Virus record (IMG/VR): IMGVR_UViG_3300001687_000015 | Span: 3,403-67,402 of that record | Reading direction: 5' to 3' (one strand) | Length of the DNA: 64,000 nucleotides | From: a virus | Lineage: Duplodnaviria > Caudoviricetes | In this document: piece by piece, positions 25,012-32,827 of the stretch | Numbering within the stretch: position 1 is the first letter of the stretch | Layout of the letters: every line of letters begins with the position of its first letter | Made by a program: the position numbers and the translations under genes | The notes under the pieces: model-generated | Told to the model about the DNA's origin: nothing | Seen by the model: the letters and a program-made list of their open reading frames with translations, nothing else | Database searches by the model: none

Positions 25012-27400
25012 ATGCGGAACTGAATATCCTCTCCAGTTGCGAGAGGCCGTGGGATCACGATTTCCTGTGATTCAATGCCCGAATTGTGGTCTTGTCCATA
25101 CCGTTGATTTTCAAACTGAGAAAATCCTACCAGGGATAGAACTCAAGACCATAAGACTCCTATCTTATTACTACAGTGAACTTTCTGCCGATGGTAGCGG
25201 AGTACAAGGGGCTATCGGTTCAGATGAAAATCCTCCGGTAAAACAATCAGAAGATGAAACAAGTTGGGCGACTTCAAGTAAATTTTGGATCGGGATAGGC
25301 GTATCTGAGGCTGGCTGCAACAAAGCTGTAGATACGAATGCTACCTTTTCTCTGCGGTATCGTGAGGACGGTGGATCTTGGCAGGATCTAGGTACAGGCA
25401 ATCTTGCCGTTGCTGGCACAGGCAACATGAATTATACCGATCTTTCGCCTCCGAATGCAGATTGTTGGGTTGCCCAGGCTGCTTCCTGTGGCGGTTCAAT
25501 AGAGCCAGGAGATCACGTTGCCCAGGATAACAGTAGAGATCTATCAAGTGGGGTAGGAACAGGCAACTATGTGAAAGAACTCTGGTGGGCCTGTGATCCT
25601 GCAAGCGTTCCTGCCGGTACTCTCCTCGAATTTGGCGTTTACGACAGCCAGGGCAATATCGGTACTTCTGGATCTCCAGCCCTACTTGACTGTAGCATCA
25701 CCATAGCTGCAGCGCCCATCACGCTGGTTATGACAGACGGTGGTGCGACTCACGCCATCACCACCAACGGTGATAACTCAGCCATCGATCTGACCGAAGT
25801 CTTCGACCTCACCGTGGCCGATTGCAGCCATCCGGTCTACACCAACGGATCTCCTGGGCAAGACATCACGATCACCGAGGTCATTCCCCCTGTCGATCTG
25901 GTTATCAGTGATAGCGGCTTGAGCCAGCATGTTCTGCTGGACAATGGTGGGGCTGCGCTGGATCTGGGCCAGCATTTTCTGACCACGGCAGATTCCGCAC
26001 ACGCGATTACTACCAATGGGGATAACTCACCCATTGACCTTGTCCATGATCACTATCTGGTGATCTCAGACTCTGGACTGTGCCAGCATGTCCTGCTCGA
26101 TAACGGTGGGGCCGCACTCGACATTACCCATGATCACTATCTGGTCATTTCAGATGCAGGACTTTGCCAGCATGTTCTATTGGACAACGGTGGAGTCGCA
26201 CTGGATATTGTCCATGATCATTACTTGGTGATCACTGAAGCCGGACTCAACCAGCATGTCCATCCTATCGGGGAGCCGTATTGCTTCAGTGTGCTTAACT
26301 CCTCACACCTGATGGACTCCATTCCGGAGAACATCACGCTTACCCAGACAGGGGCCATCGATCTGGTGATCACAGACGGTGGAGCAACTCACGCGATCAC
26401 CACCAATGGAGATAACAGCCCACTGGATTTGGATCTGGTCATCACGGTGGCCAACTCTACCCATGCGATCACGACCAACGGTGACAATAGCGCACTAGAT
26501 CTCGATATCGTCTTGGAAACCACCCAGGATGCTTCCCATGCGATTTACACCCAAGACCCTTTGTGGTGGCCTGATTCCTGTACCCATCTCCACAGCGCAG
26601 GGGCCATCATCATAGACCCAGCCTGGGCCAACGCCCAAGACTCCTCCCACCTGATGGACAGCATCCCTGAAAATATCACCATCACAGAAACTGGGGATGT
26701 CACCCTGATCATGACTGACGGTGGGGCCAGCCACGTTGTCACCTCGCCGGAACTACCAGCCACTCAGGTCTATCCAGACAGTACCACACACAGCCATATC
26801 GTCACGCCAACTAATCTGACGCTGGTGGAGGTCTACACACTCACCATTGCTCCTGATCCCTACCATCTGGTTCAGACTAAAGATGAAGTCTGGTTCATTC
26901 AGAAGTCTATCCATCAGGTCAGTTCTCAGCCTAGCGATGTGACGCTCACGTTGACTATCAGCGTGGACGCTTGTGTCCATGTAGTCGAGGATAGCGCACC
27001 ACTCAGTCTCGTTCAAATCTACGACCTCGTTATTTCGGATGCTGGTCTATCTTACCATGCCGTCCAGAGCATCCCAACCGATCTGAATCTTGCTGGGATT
27101 GTCACCCTCACCATGACCGATGGGGGCGCACAACATGCCCACACAGCCCCCAATCTCGATCTGACAACTACCCTTGCTCCAGCCGACTGCACCCATCTTC
27201 ATTCTGCTGGAACCCCTGCGCTCACCCAGGAACATACCCTGGCGATCTCAGATGACACCCTGGTGCATCTGGCCGATAGCATCACCATGACCGTGGATAC
27301 TGGCCTGGATGTTCTCGATGCCGAGAGAACTCTCAAACCGATTGGCATCGCCTACAGCGTGGCCGATGTAGGCGCGGAAAGGACTTTGCACAAAATTTAG
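24989..27400 (+). CDS. His-repeat fibre protein with N-terminal zinc ribbon
   Basis: CCKC...CPNC N-terminus; tandem 28-aa units at 26045, 26129, 26213; units shared with 20945-24697. Confidence 0.7.
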   Translation: MTQVSCCKCGTEYPLQLREAVGSRFPVIQCPNCGLVHTVDFQTEKILPGIELKTIRLLSYYYSELSADGSGVQGAIGSDENPPVKQSEDETSWATSSKFWIGIGVSEAGCNKAVDTNATFSLRYREDGGSWQDLGTGNLAVAGTGNMNYTDLSPPNADCWVAQAASCGGSIEPGDHVAQDNSRDLSSGVGTGNYVKELWWACDPASVPAGTLLEFGVYDSQGNIGTSGSPALLDCSITIAAAPITLVMTDGGATHAITTNGDNSAIDLTEVFDLTVADCSHPVYTNGSPGQDITITEVIPPVDLVISDSGLSQHVLLDNGGAALDLGQHFLTTADSAHAITTNGDNSPIDLVHDHYLVISDSGLCQHVLLDNGGAALDITHDHYLVISDAGLCQHVLLDNGGVALDIVHDHYLVITEAGLNQHVHPIGEPYCFSVLNSSHLMDSIPENITLTQTGAIDLVITDGGATHAITTNGDNSPLDLDLVITVANSTHAITTNGDNSALDLDIVLETTQDASHAIYTQDPLWWPDSCTHLHSAGAIIIDPAWANAQDSSHLMDSIPENITITETGDVTLIMTDGGASHVVTSPELPATQVYPDSTTHSHIVTPTNLTLVEVYTLTIAPDPYHLVQTKDEVWFIQKSIHQVSSQPSDVTLTLTISVDACVHVVEDSAPLSLVQIYDLVISDAGLSYHAVQSIPTDLNLAGIVTLTMTDGGAQHAHTAPNLDLTTTLAPADCTHLHSAGTPALTQEHTLAISDDTLVHLADSITMTVDTGLDVLDAERTLKPIGIAYSVADVGAERTLHKI
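26045..26270 (+). repeat. 84-nt period coding tandem repeat
   Basis: catgatcactatctggt... units encoding HDHYLVISDxGLCQHVLLDNGGxALDIx twice plus a partial third. Confidence 0.85.
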
Positions 27401-27409
27401 GAGGCTACC

Positions 27410-27733
27410 GTGATCACAGTCACTGTCTACAAAAATCGAGATAACACCATCGACCTGGAGATGAGAGCCGATGGGCAAGCCCAGAACATCACCGGCACCA
27501 CCAGGATGGTTCTCACCATCGGGGATACGGTCATCGATTCACAGTTTTTTGCAAACGCTTTTGATTGGTCAACGAATGGCGCAAGCGGCCAACTGACGCT
27601 GAGTTTGGGACAGTTGAATGCCATTCTTGCAATGAGAAATGCAACGTATCGTGCAACGCTGGACTTCTATGACGCAACGTACACGAGTGGCTTGAGGTGG
27701 GGCAACGGCCTCCAAGTCAAAATCGCGGAGTAG
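27410..27733 (+). CDS. small beta-rich virion protein (Ig/BppU-like)
   Basis: SD ggagg, GTG start; alternating beta pattern; follows the fibres. Confidence 0.5.
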   Translation: MITVTVYKNRDNTIDLEMRADGQAQNITGTTRMVLTIGDTVIDSQFFANAFDWSTNGASGQLTLSLGQLNAILAMRNATYRATLDFYDATYTSGLRWGNGLQVKIAE

Positions 27734-27736
27734 ATC

Positions 27737-28219
27737 ATGCCGAATTACCTTGGACTTTGTTTGGAACTGAGCGGCCTTCGGGCCTCACAGTATGGCTCCT
27801 ACAACTTCAATAGCATGTGCAAGTTCAACGGCTCGTATCTGGGGGCCAATGAATCGGGGATCTTCGTACTCGATTCTGGGGATCTCGATGACACCTCCGA
27901 GGTCGAGGCGTTCTTTGAGCTTGTCACCTCAGACTATGGAATCGCCAATCAAAAGCGCTGGCGTTCCATGTACATCGGCTACGAAACGGAGGGGGATCTC
28001 CTTTTGATCGTCAAGGATGACGAGAACAACGAGAGATCCTTCAACCTGGAGCCGGTCTTCCCCGATCTCAAGCAGCACAGCCAGAAGGTGAGCATCGGCA
28101 GGGACGGCAAGGGACGCTATTGGATGGTGAGGATCGAGAACGTAAACGGTGTGGATTTCTCAGTGGATCGGATCACTGGTATCCCTGTGATTTTAGGCAG
28201 AAAACCACCAGGCGCATAG
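27737..28219 (+). CDS. virion protein resembling the C-terminal domain of nozzle proteins
   Basis: TSDYGIANQKRWRSMYIG...VSIGRDGKGRYWMVRIEN. Confidence 0.5.
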   Translation: MPNYLGLCLELSGLRASQYGSYNFNSMCKFNGSYLGANESGIFVLDSGDLDDTSEVEAFFELVTSDYGIANQKRWRSMYIGYETEGDLLLIVKDDENNERSFNLEPVFPDLKQHSQKVSIGRDGKGRYWMVRIENVNGVDFSVDRITGIPVILGRKPPGA

Positions 28220-28229
28220 GGAGGTAATT

Positions 28230-28538
28230 ATGGGAGGCAGAATTTCTTTTCCAGGGCCATTCAGGGCGAGGATGGGAGGCCGCAAGGGTGTAGCAGAGGG
28301 CGGTGAACCGCGCTGGCGCGGCCCAAGCGAGACATTCGGGAAGAAGCAGGATGAAACGATCATGGAAGCGTTTGGTGCCAAAGATTGGTTGCCAAGCAAT
28401 AAGGATTGGCAAAAAGGGCTTGAGATTGCGCAGAAGAAGGGTGGCTATGAGATGGCCAAGTTCATGCTAGGGCGCATGAGGGCGAAGAAATGGAAGGCCA
28501 TAGGCTACGACCCAGATGATTGGGAGAACATGCCCTAG
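28230..28538 (+). CDS. basic Gly/Lys/Arg-rich protein
   Basis: SD ggagg; composition like the 6461-7709 ORFs. Confidence 0.6.
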   Translation: MGGRISFPGPFRARMGGRKGVAEGGEPRWRGPSETFGKKQDETIMEAFGAKDWLPSNKDWQKGLEIAQKKGGYEMAKFMLGRMRAKKWKAIGYDPDDWENMP

Positions 28539-28591
28539 GCTAGGAGCGGAGCCAATAACTTAACTGATCAAGGGGATCAAGGGAGGCAAAA

Positions 28592-29347
28592 ATGAGTCTG
28601 AAACTTTCTCAAGGATTAAGGGATGACATGCTGGGCCTCAAAGGCACCATCGTGGGAGCCATAGTCGGGGCCACCCTGGCCTTCGTGGATGGTGGCGGCA
28701 GTCCGGATTCCATTACGGACTCCGGCAATGGTTTTCTCACTGCCGGTTTCGCTCCTGGCGATGTGTTGTTTGTCCAGGGGGCCACCACCCCAGCCAATGA
28801 CACGGCAATCACTGGTGCGGTGATACTTACCGTAGCCGCTGGCACGATCACCTTTGCCACCGGCACGGTGGATACTGCAGAGGCCGGTGCCGCCGGTACT
28901 GTGGTGGCGGTGGCCAGAGGTGGCAGCATGAAGGACATCTTCAAAGATGGTGTGCTGCGCATCTACAGTGGTTCCCAGCCAACATCTCCAGACAATGCCG
29001 CAAGTGGGACATTGCTTCTGGAAGTTACAGAGTCGGGTGGGACGTTTGCACATGGCGCATTCGCTAACGGTTTGGAGTTTGAAGATGATCCGACAGAAGG
29101 CGAGATGGAAAAAGCAAGTGGGGAAACGTGGCAAGGCACTGGACTTGTCGCAGGGACTGCTGGGTGGTTCAGGTTCTGCGCCAACCCCACAGATAACGGC
29201 GCGGCAAGCACCACGTTACCCAGGATCGATGGATCAGTTGGGTCATCTGGCGCTGATCTCAATATGTCCTCGACCACAATTACTGTCGGAGCAACGTACA
29301 CGCTTGATTCGTTCAAGCTCACGTTGCCGGAGTATTACGGTGCCTAG
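28592..29347 (+). CDS. virion structural protein with inserted beta domain
   Basis: Gly/Thr/Ala-rich; LRIYSGSQP...GTAGWFRF...RIDGSVG...LNMSST pattern. Confidence 0.65.
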   Translation: MSLKLSQGLRDDMLGLKGTIVGAIVGATLAFVDGGGSPDSITDSGNGFLTAGFAPGDVLFVQGATTPANDTAITGAVILTVAAGTITFATGTVDTAEAGAAGTVVAVARGGSMKDIFKDGVLRIYSGSQPTSPDNAASGTLLLEVTESGGTFAHGAFANGLEFEDDPTEGEMEKASGETWQGTGLVAGTAGWFRFCANPTDNGAASTTLPRIDGSVGSSGADLNMSSTTITVGATYTLDSFKLTLPEYYGA

Positions 29348-29356
29348 CACTGAGCG

Positions 29357-29384
29357 TCCTGGGGAGTACATGTACTCCCCAGGA
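29357..29384. repeat. perfect 28-bp palindrome
   Basis: tcctggggagtaca|tgtactccccagga is its own reverse complement. Confidence 0.9.
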
Positions 29385-29409
29385 TAATTGAGTTTAGGGG
29401 AGCTAAACA

Positions 29410-30456
29410 ATGGCTTACACCAATCTGGTAGTCCAAGACGGCCTTCTTTACTGGGATGTTCCAGTTCTCGCCCTTACCGGAAACTGGCACGACCTTGTTG
29501 TCGAGGACTGCGCTCACACCCACATATCTCTACAGGCAGGAGGTCAGAGCGACCTCGTCCTGAACTCTGTGGATCTTGTCGGCCTTGACTGCACCCACGG
29601 CCATCTGGGAGATCACATTTTCGTAACGACAGCGACCCATAACCTGACCCTGGCCGACTGCTCACACGAGATGACCGATGCTGATGCTGCCGTCATCCCG
29701 CTTTTCTCCATCACAGCGGGAGAGCCAGGTAGCCCCTGGTATCTTTTGACCTTGCCCACCCTGGAGTTTGAAGGGCAATTCGGCTACCGCGTAACAGGGG
29801 GAATATTCCCCAAGCTTCCCATGCTTGAGATGGTGGAAGGGAGATTCGGGGCGCGAACAGGGATTCATGCTTCAGGGATAGAGTTTCCCCTCAAGCTTCC
29901 TACGCTGCAGGTCGAGGCCAGCGGCAAGAGTGGGGCCAGCATATCTCTGGACAGAGATATCCCCACCATCATCGAGGGGGCAGACGGCGATCTCAGATTC
30001 GGGAGCCACCTAGAGGTAAAGCTTCCTCCCATCGACCTGGAAGCAACGGTTATCGGAGGGTTGCTGGGGCAGGTCGATGCCACGCTTCCTGGGGTAGAGT
30101 GTGAAGCTGAGATTATCGTGCCATGGGGCATGTACCTGGAGTCCAGCCTTCCTGCAGTGGAAATAAGCGCTTCTGCCATTATTGACCGCTACCCCACCCT
30201 GGATGGCATATTGCCAACCTTGAAAATTCAAGCTTACAGCTACGGTGGGGCGGGTGCCGTTTTGGATGCAAAACTGCCGCCGGTTGGAATCGAGGCAGAC
30301 GGCACATCTGGGGATGTCCTCACCTTGGATGCCACGCTGCCGACTGTCATTATGCAGCCGGTGGGCGCGGGAGGATCTGTGGACGGCGCACCTGGGGCAA
30401 TGCAAGAAGAAACCAGATTTGATGACTACGTCTTGCGGTATCAAAGGACTGCCTAA
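29410..30456 (+). CDS. virion protein with N-terminal His units and LPxL repeats
   Basis: DCAHTH, DCTHGH, DCSHEM, then about nine xLPx[LIV]xxxA/G units. Confidence 0.65.
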   Translation: MAYTNLVVQDGLLYWDVPVLALTGNWHDLVVEDCAHTHISLQAGGQSDLVLNSVDLVGLDCTHGHLGDHIFVTTATHNLTLADCSHEMTDADAAVIPLFSITAGEPGSPWYLLTLPTLEFEGQFGYRVTGGIFPKLPMLEMVEGRFGARTGIHASGIEFPLKLPTLQVEASGKSGASISLDRDIPTIIEGADGDLRFGSHLEVKLPPIDLEATVIGGLLGQVDATLPGVECEAEIIVPWGMYLESSLPAVEISASAIIDRYPTLDGILPTLKIQAYSYGGAGAVLDAKLPPVGIEADGTSGDVLTLDATLPTVIMQPVGAGGSVDGAPGAMQEETRFDDYVLRYQRTA

Positions 30457-32810
30457 TGGACTACCATGTACTACATGGATGCCAAGTCTTTCTCACTGGC
30501 AACTCTGATTTCACGCACCCTGTAGTTGCGTTCAAATTCCACATGGCCAGACAGGACATGGATGCGTGGCTTTGCGCCAGATCTCATGCAGACCATGACT
30601 ACGATCCCAGCTATGGCCGTCACAGTAGTGGTTCACTCTACGAGGCGAATCCTGGCTTTGACGATATCAAAACAGGAGGCGGGGGCAATCTTGCGGAGCT
30701 AGGTTGGCGCTGGAATTATGTCGCGGGGCTGAAACTCATCGAGATAGATCATTGGGAACCAGAACCTGGGGGGGGCGATGAGACTATCACAGAGAAGGTC
30801 TACCGTTTTCACCTCATACCAGCTTTGGCAGCGTTTGAGAAAGTGGGCAGCCAGTACTATGAAGTCGGGTTCATTACTCTGGGCGATGCGAGTTTGCAGG
30901 GGCCGTATGAGTTCCATGAGATACAACAAGGGGTGATAAACTTTCATTCTGCACCCCTTTTCCCTTGGTGGTGGGGCCATAAATCTAGGTGGGGTTATCT
31001 TGGGTGGTATCCCGATCTTGAAGAAATACCGCCGATGCAATACATCACGACAGTACTGCGGCTCCCCAGCGATGAGGAAAGAAAGGCAGGATTTGCCTAC
31101 GAGAAAAAATGGTTTGAAGTAAAGCCCCTCAGTAACCACGTTACCACTGAGCCGGATTGGGAAGGGTTCTACAATGACGGCAACCCCGCTGTGCCATATG
31201 GTGAGTACTGGGGTGAAGGCATCCCACTGCCAGCAGTTGACCTGGAAAACGGTGAAGGCCCAAATCAGTTTGATTATGGGAAGTGGGACGGCCCAGGCTA
31301 TTCACACAGCTTCGGGCCTGGATGTTTATGGGGATATAAAGACGAAGATGTAGAGTGCTGGATAGACCTGAGAAAGGCGACTTGGTATTCCGGCTGGGCA
31401 TGGCATAACGGCGTTGCCTTGGGTAGCGACATGGTTACCCATATTCTCAAGCTTGGCGAATGCACTCCCGCTGGCCTTCCCACTGGATATGCGGGTGGGG
31501 GTGGATACGAAACATCTGGGCTTACACAGTGGCGACAATATGATAAGCACGAGTTCACATCCAGCATATGGCCCTATGAGATGGGAGAAAATGCAAGATG
31601 GCCATCGTATTCCATGCTCTGCGGCGACAAAGCGTGGGCCTTGCCGTCTGTTACGTTCTGGGGCCACTGGTTTTACTATGGTGGAATCCGATGCGATGAC
31701 CTCCCCGACTATGAACCCTGGCCAAGCAAGTTTCCTGGCAAATACTACTGGGATCTTGTTCCTAGGATGGACACTATCGGCACATGGTATCAGTGGGGTG
31801 GGGTTTTGAGCCTGTATGAAGCATCGGTGCGCATCGGCACTACCGCCGAGGGTAGTGGTGGAAGTTTCAGGGATGGCCATGGCGTTGACCACCTATGGAT
31901 GCAGGGCAATGTGGTCTATCTTGCAGAGCATTACTCGTCTGGAGACACATATGAGGACGAAGATGGCCAAATCTGCGCTGCCGCCTTCTATTACGACTAC
32001 AGTATTGTTGATTGGAAATTTGAATGGAATCGAACTTTTATAAATAATTGTGAGTGTGGAGAGCTTTGTGAAAATGAGTTGGGACACCATGGCGTAAAGC
32101 CCAATCCGGCAATAGGGTCAGAGCAGCCCTGGCCGTGGAGTTGGACGAGCATCTATCAATCCTGTCCCTGCTACACGAGCTTCAACTGCCTCCAGCGCTT
32201 GGGTGAACCTGGGCAAGAACTAACATACCCTCTGGGCTGGCATGGCGATTGCGGATATCTGGGAAAAGACTGTAACTCCAGTGAGAGTAACGAAGAAATA
32301 GGTGAAGAACCCCCCCCAGGCGCTGAGTGGCGGTTGTTGGTACACGACACCACTTTCCACCCACACCTGCAGTTTGATGGTGCCACTTATTGTTTCTCAG
32401 AGTTTATAAATACTCAGAGAGAATATGTAATTACATCAATAAGTGACTACCCCATTTCATATCAGGATTGCTTCCCTTACTACTTCATCTATGGCGAACA
32501 AAGCACTTTCTGGGGTTCCATGACCTGTGGGAAAGAAGACGATATGTGGCATGTCTTCAGCTTCATCCGCGATGGGGTGCATAGTTGGCTGAAAGTACCC
32601 GCTAAAGAGAGCGAGAGTGTGGCCCCAGTGGGCCACATGAGTCCCTTCCCTTATGGTGGTCTAACGTACAACGACAAGCCACTTTATGTGGTCGGGGTCA
32701 CTCGTCTGATGGTATTGGCCGAGGAAAAAGAGGTAGTCGATGGGCCGCTGCCGGTCATTGGTGAAGGTCTAAATCAGGCAGATGAGAATATGGGCGTTGA
32801 AATAGAATAG
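30456..32810 (+). CDS. Trp/Tyr/Gly/Cys-rich virion protein (possible tail tip or receptor-binding protein)
   Basis: TAATG overlap; 784 aa; aromatic-rich; Cys cluster NNCECGELC...CPCYTSFNC...CGYLGKDC. Confidence 0.6.
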   Translation: MDYHVLHGCQVFLTGNSDFTHPVVAFKFHMARQDMDAWLCARSHADHDYDPSYGRHSSGSLYEANPGFDDIKTGGGGNLAELGWRWNYVAGLKLIEIDHWEPEPGGGDETITEKVYRFHLIPALAAFEKVGSQYYEVGFITLGDASLQGPYEFHEIQQGVINFHSAPLFPWWWGHKSRWGYLGWYPDLEEIPPMQYITTVLRLPSDEERKAGFAYEKKWFEVKPLSNHVTTEPDWEGFYNDGNPAVPYGEYWGEGIPLPAVDLENGEGPNQFDYGKWDGPGYSHSFGPGCLWGYKDEDVECWIDLRKATWYSGWAWHNGVALGSDMVTHILKLGECTPAGLPTGYAGGGGYETSGLTQWRQYDKHEFTSSIWPYEMGENARWPSYSMLCGDKAWALPSVTFWGHWFYYGGIRCDDLPDYEPWPSKFPGKYYWDLVPRMDTIGTWYQWGGVLSLYEASVRIGTTAEGSGGSFRDGHGVDHLWMQGNVVYLAEHYSSGDTYEDEDGQICAAAFYYDYSIVDWKFEWNRTFINNCECGELCENELGHHGVKPNPAIGSEQPWPWSWTSIYQSCPCYTSFNCLQRLGEPGQELTYPLGWHGDCGYLGKDCNSSESNEEIGEEPPPGAEWRLLVHDTTFHPHLQFDGATYCFSEFINTQREYVITSISDYPISYQDCFPYYFIYGEQSTFWGSMTCGKEDDMWHVFSFIRDGVHSWLKVPAKESESVAPVGHMSPFPYGGLTYNDKPLYVVGVTRLMVLAEEKEVVDGPLPVIGEGLNQADENMGVEIE

Positions 32811-32827
32811 AATAGGAGGTGGTTTCC

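Noticed and set aside
22500-26700. Diversity-generating retroelement (TR/VR pair) suggested by near-identical segments in the fibre genes
   Set aside because: Differences are mostly synonymous and not adenine-specific, all copies are in-frame coding repeats, and no reverse transcriptase ORF is present
29357-29384. Protelomerase target (hairpin telomere site)
   Set aside because: Shorter and more GC-rich than known tel sites, and no protelomerase gene in the window
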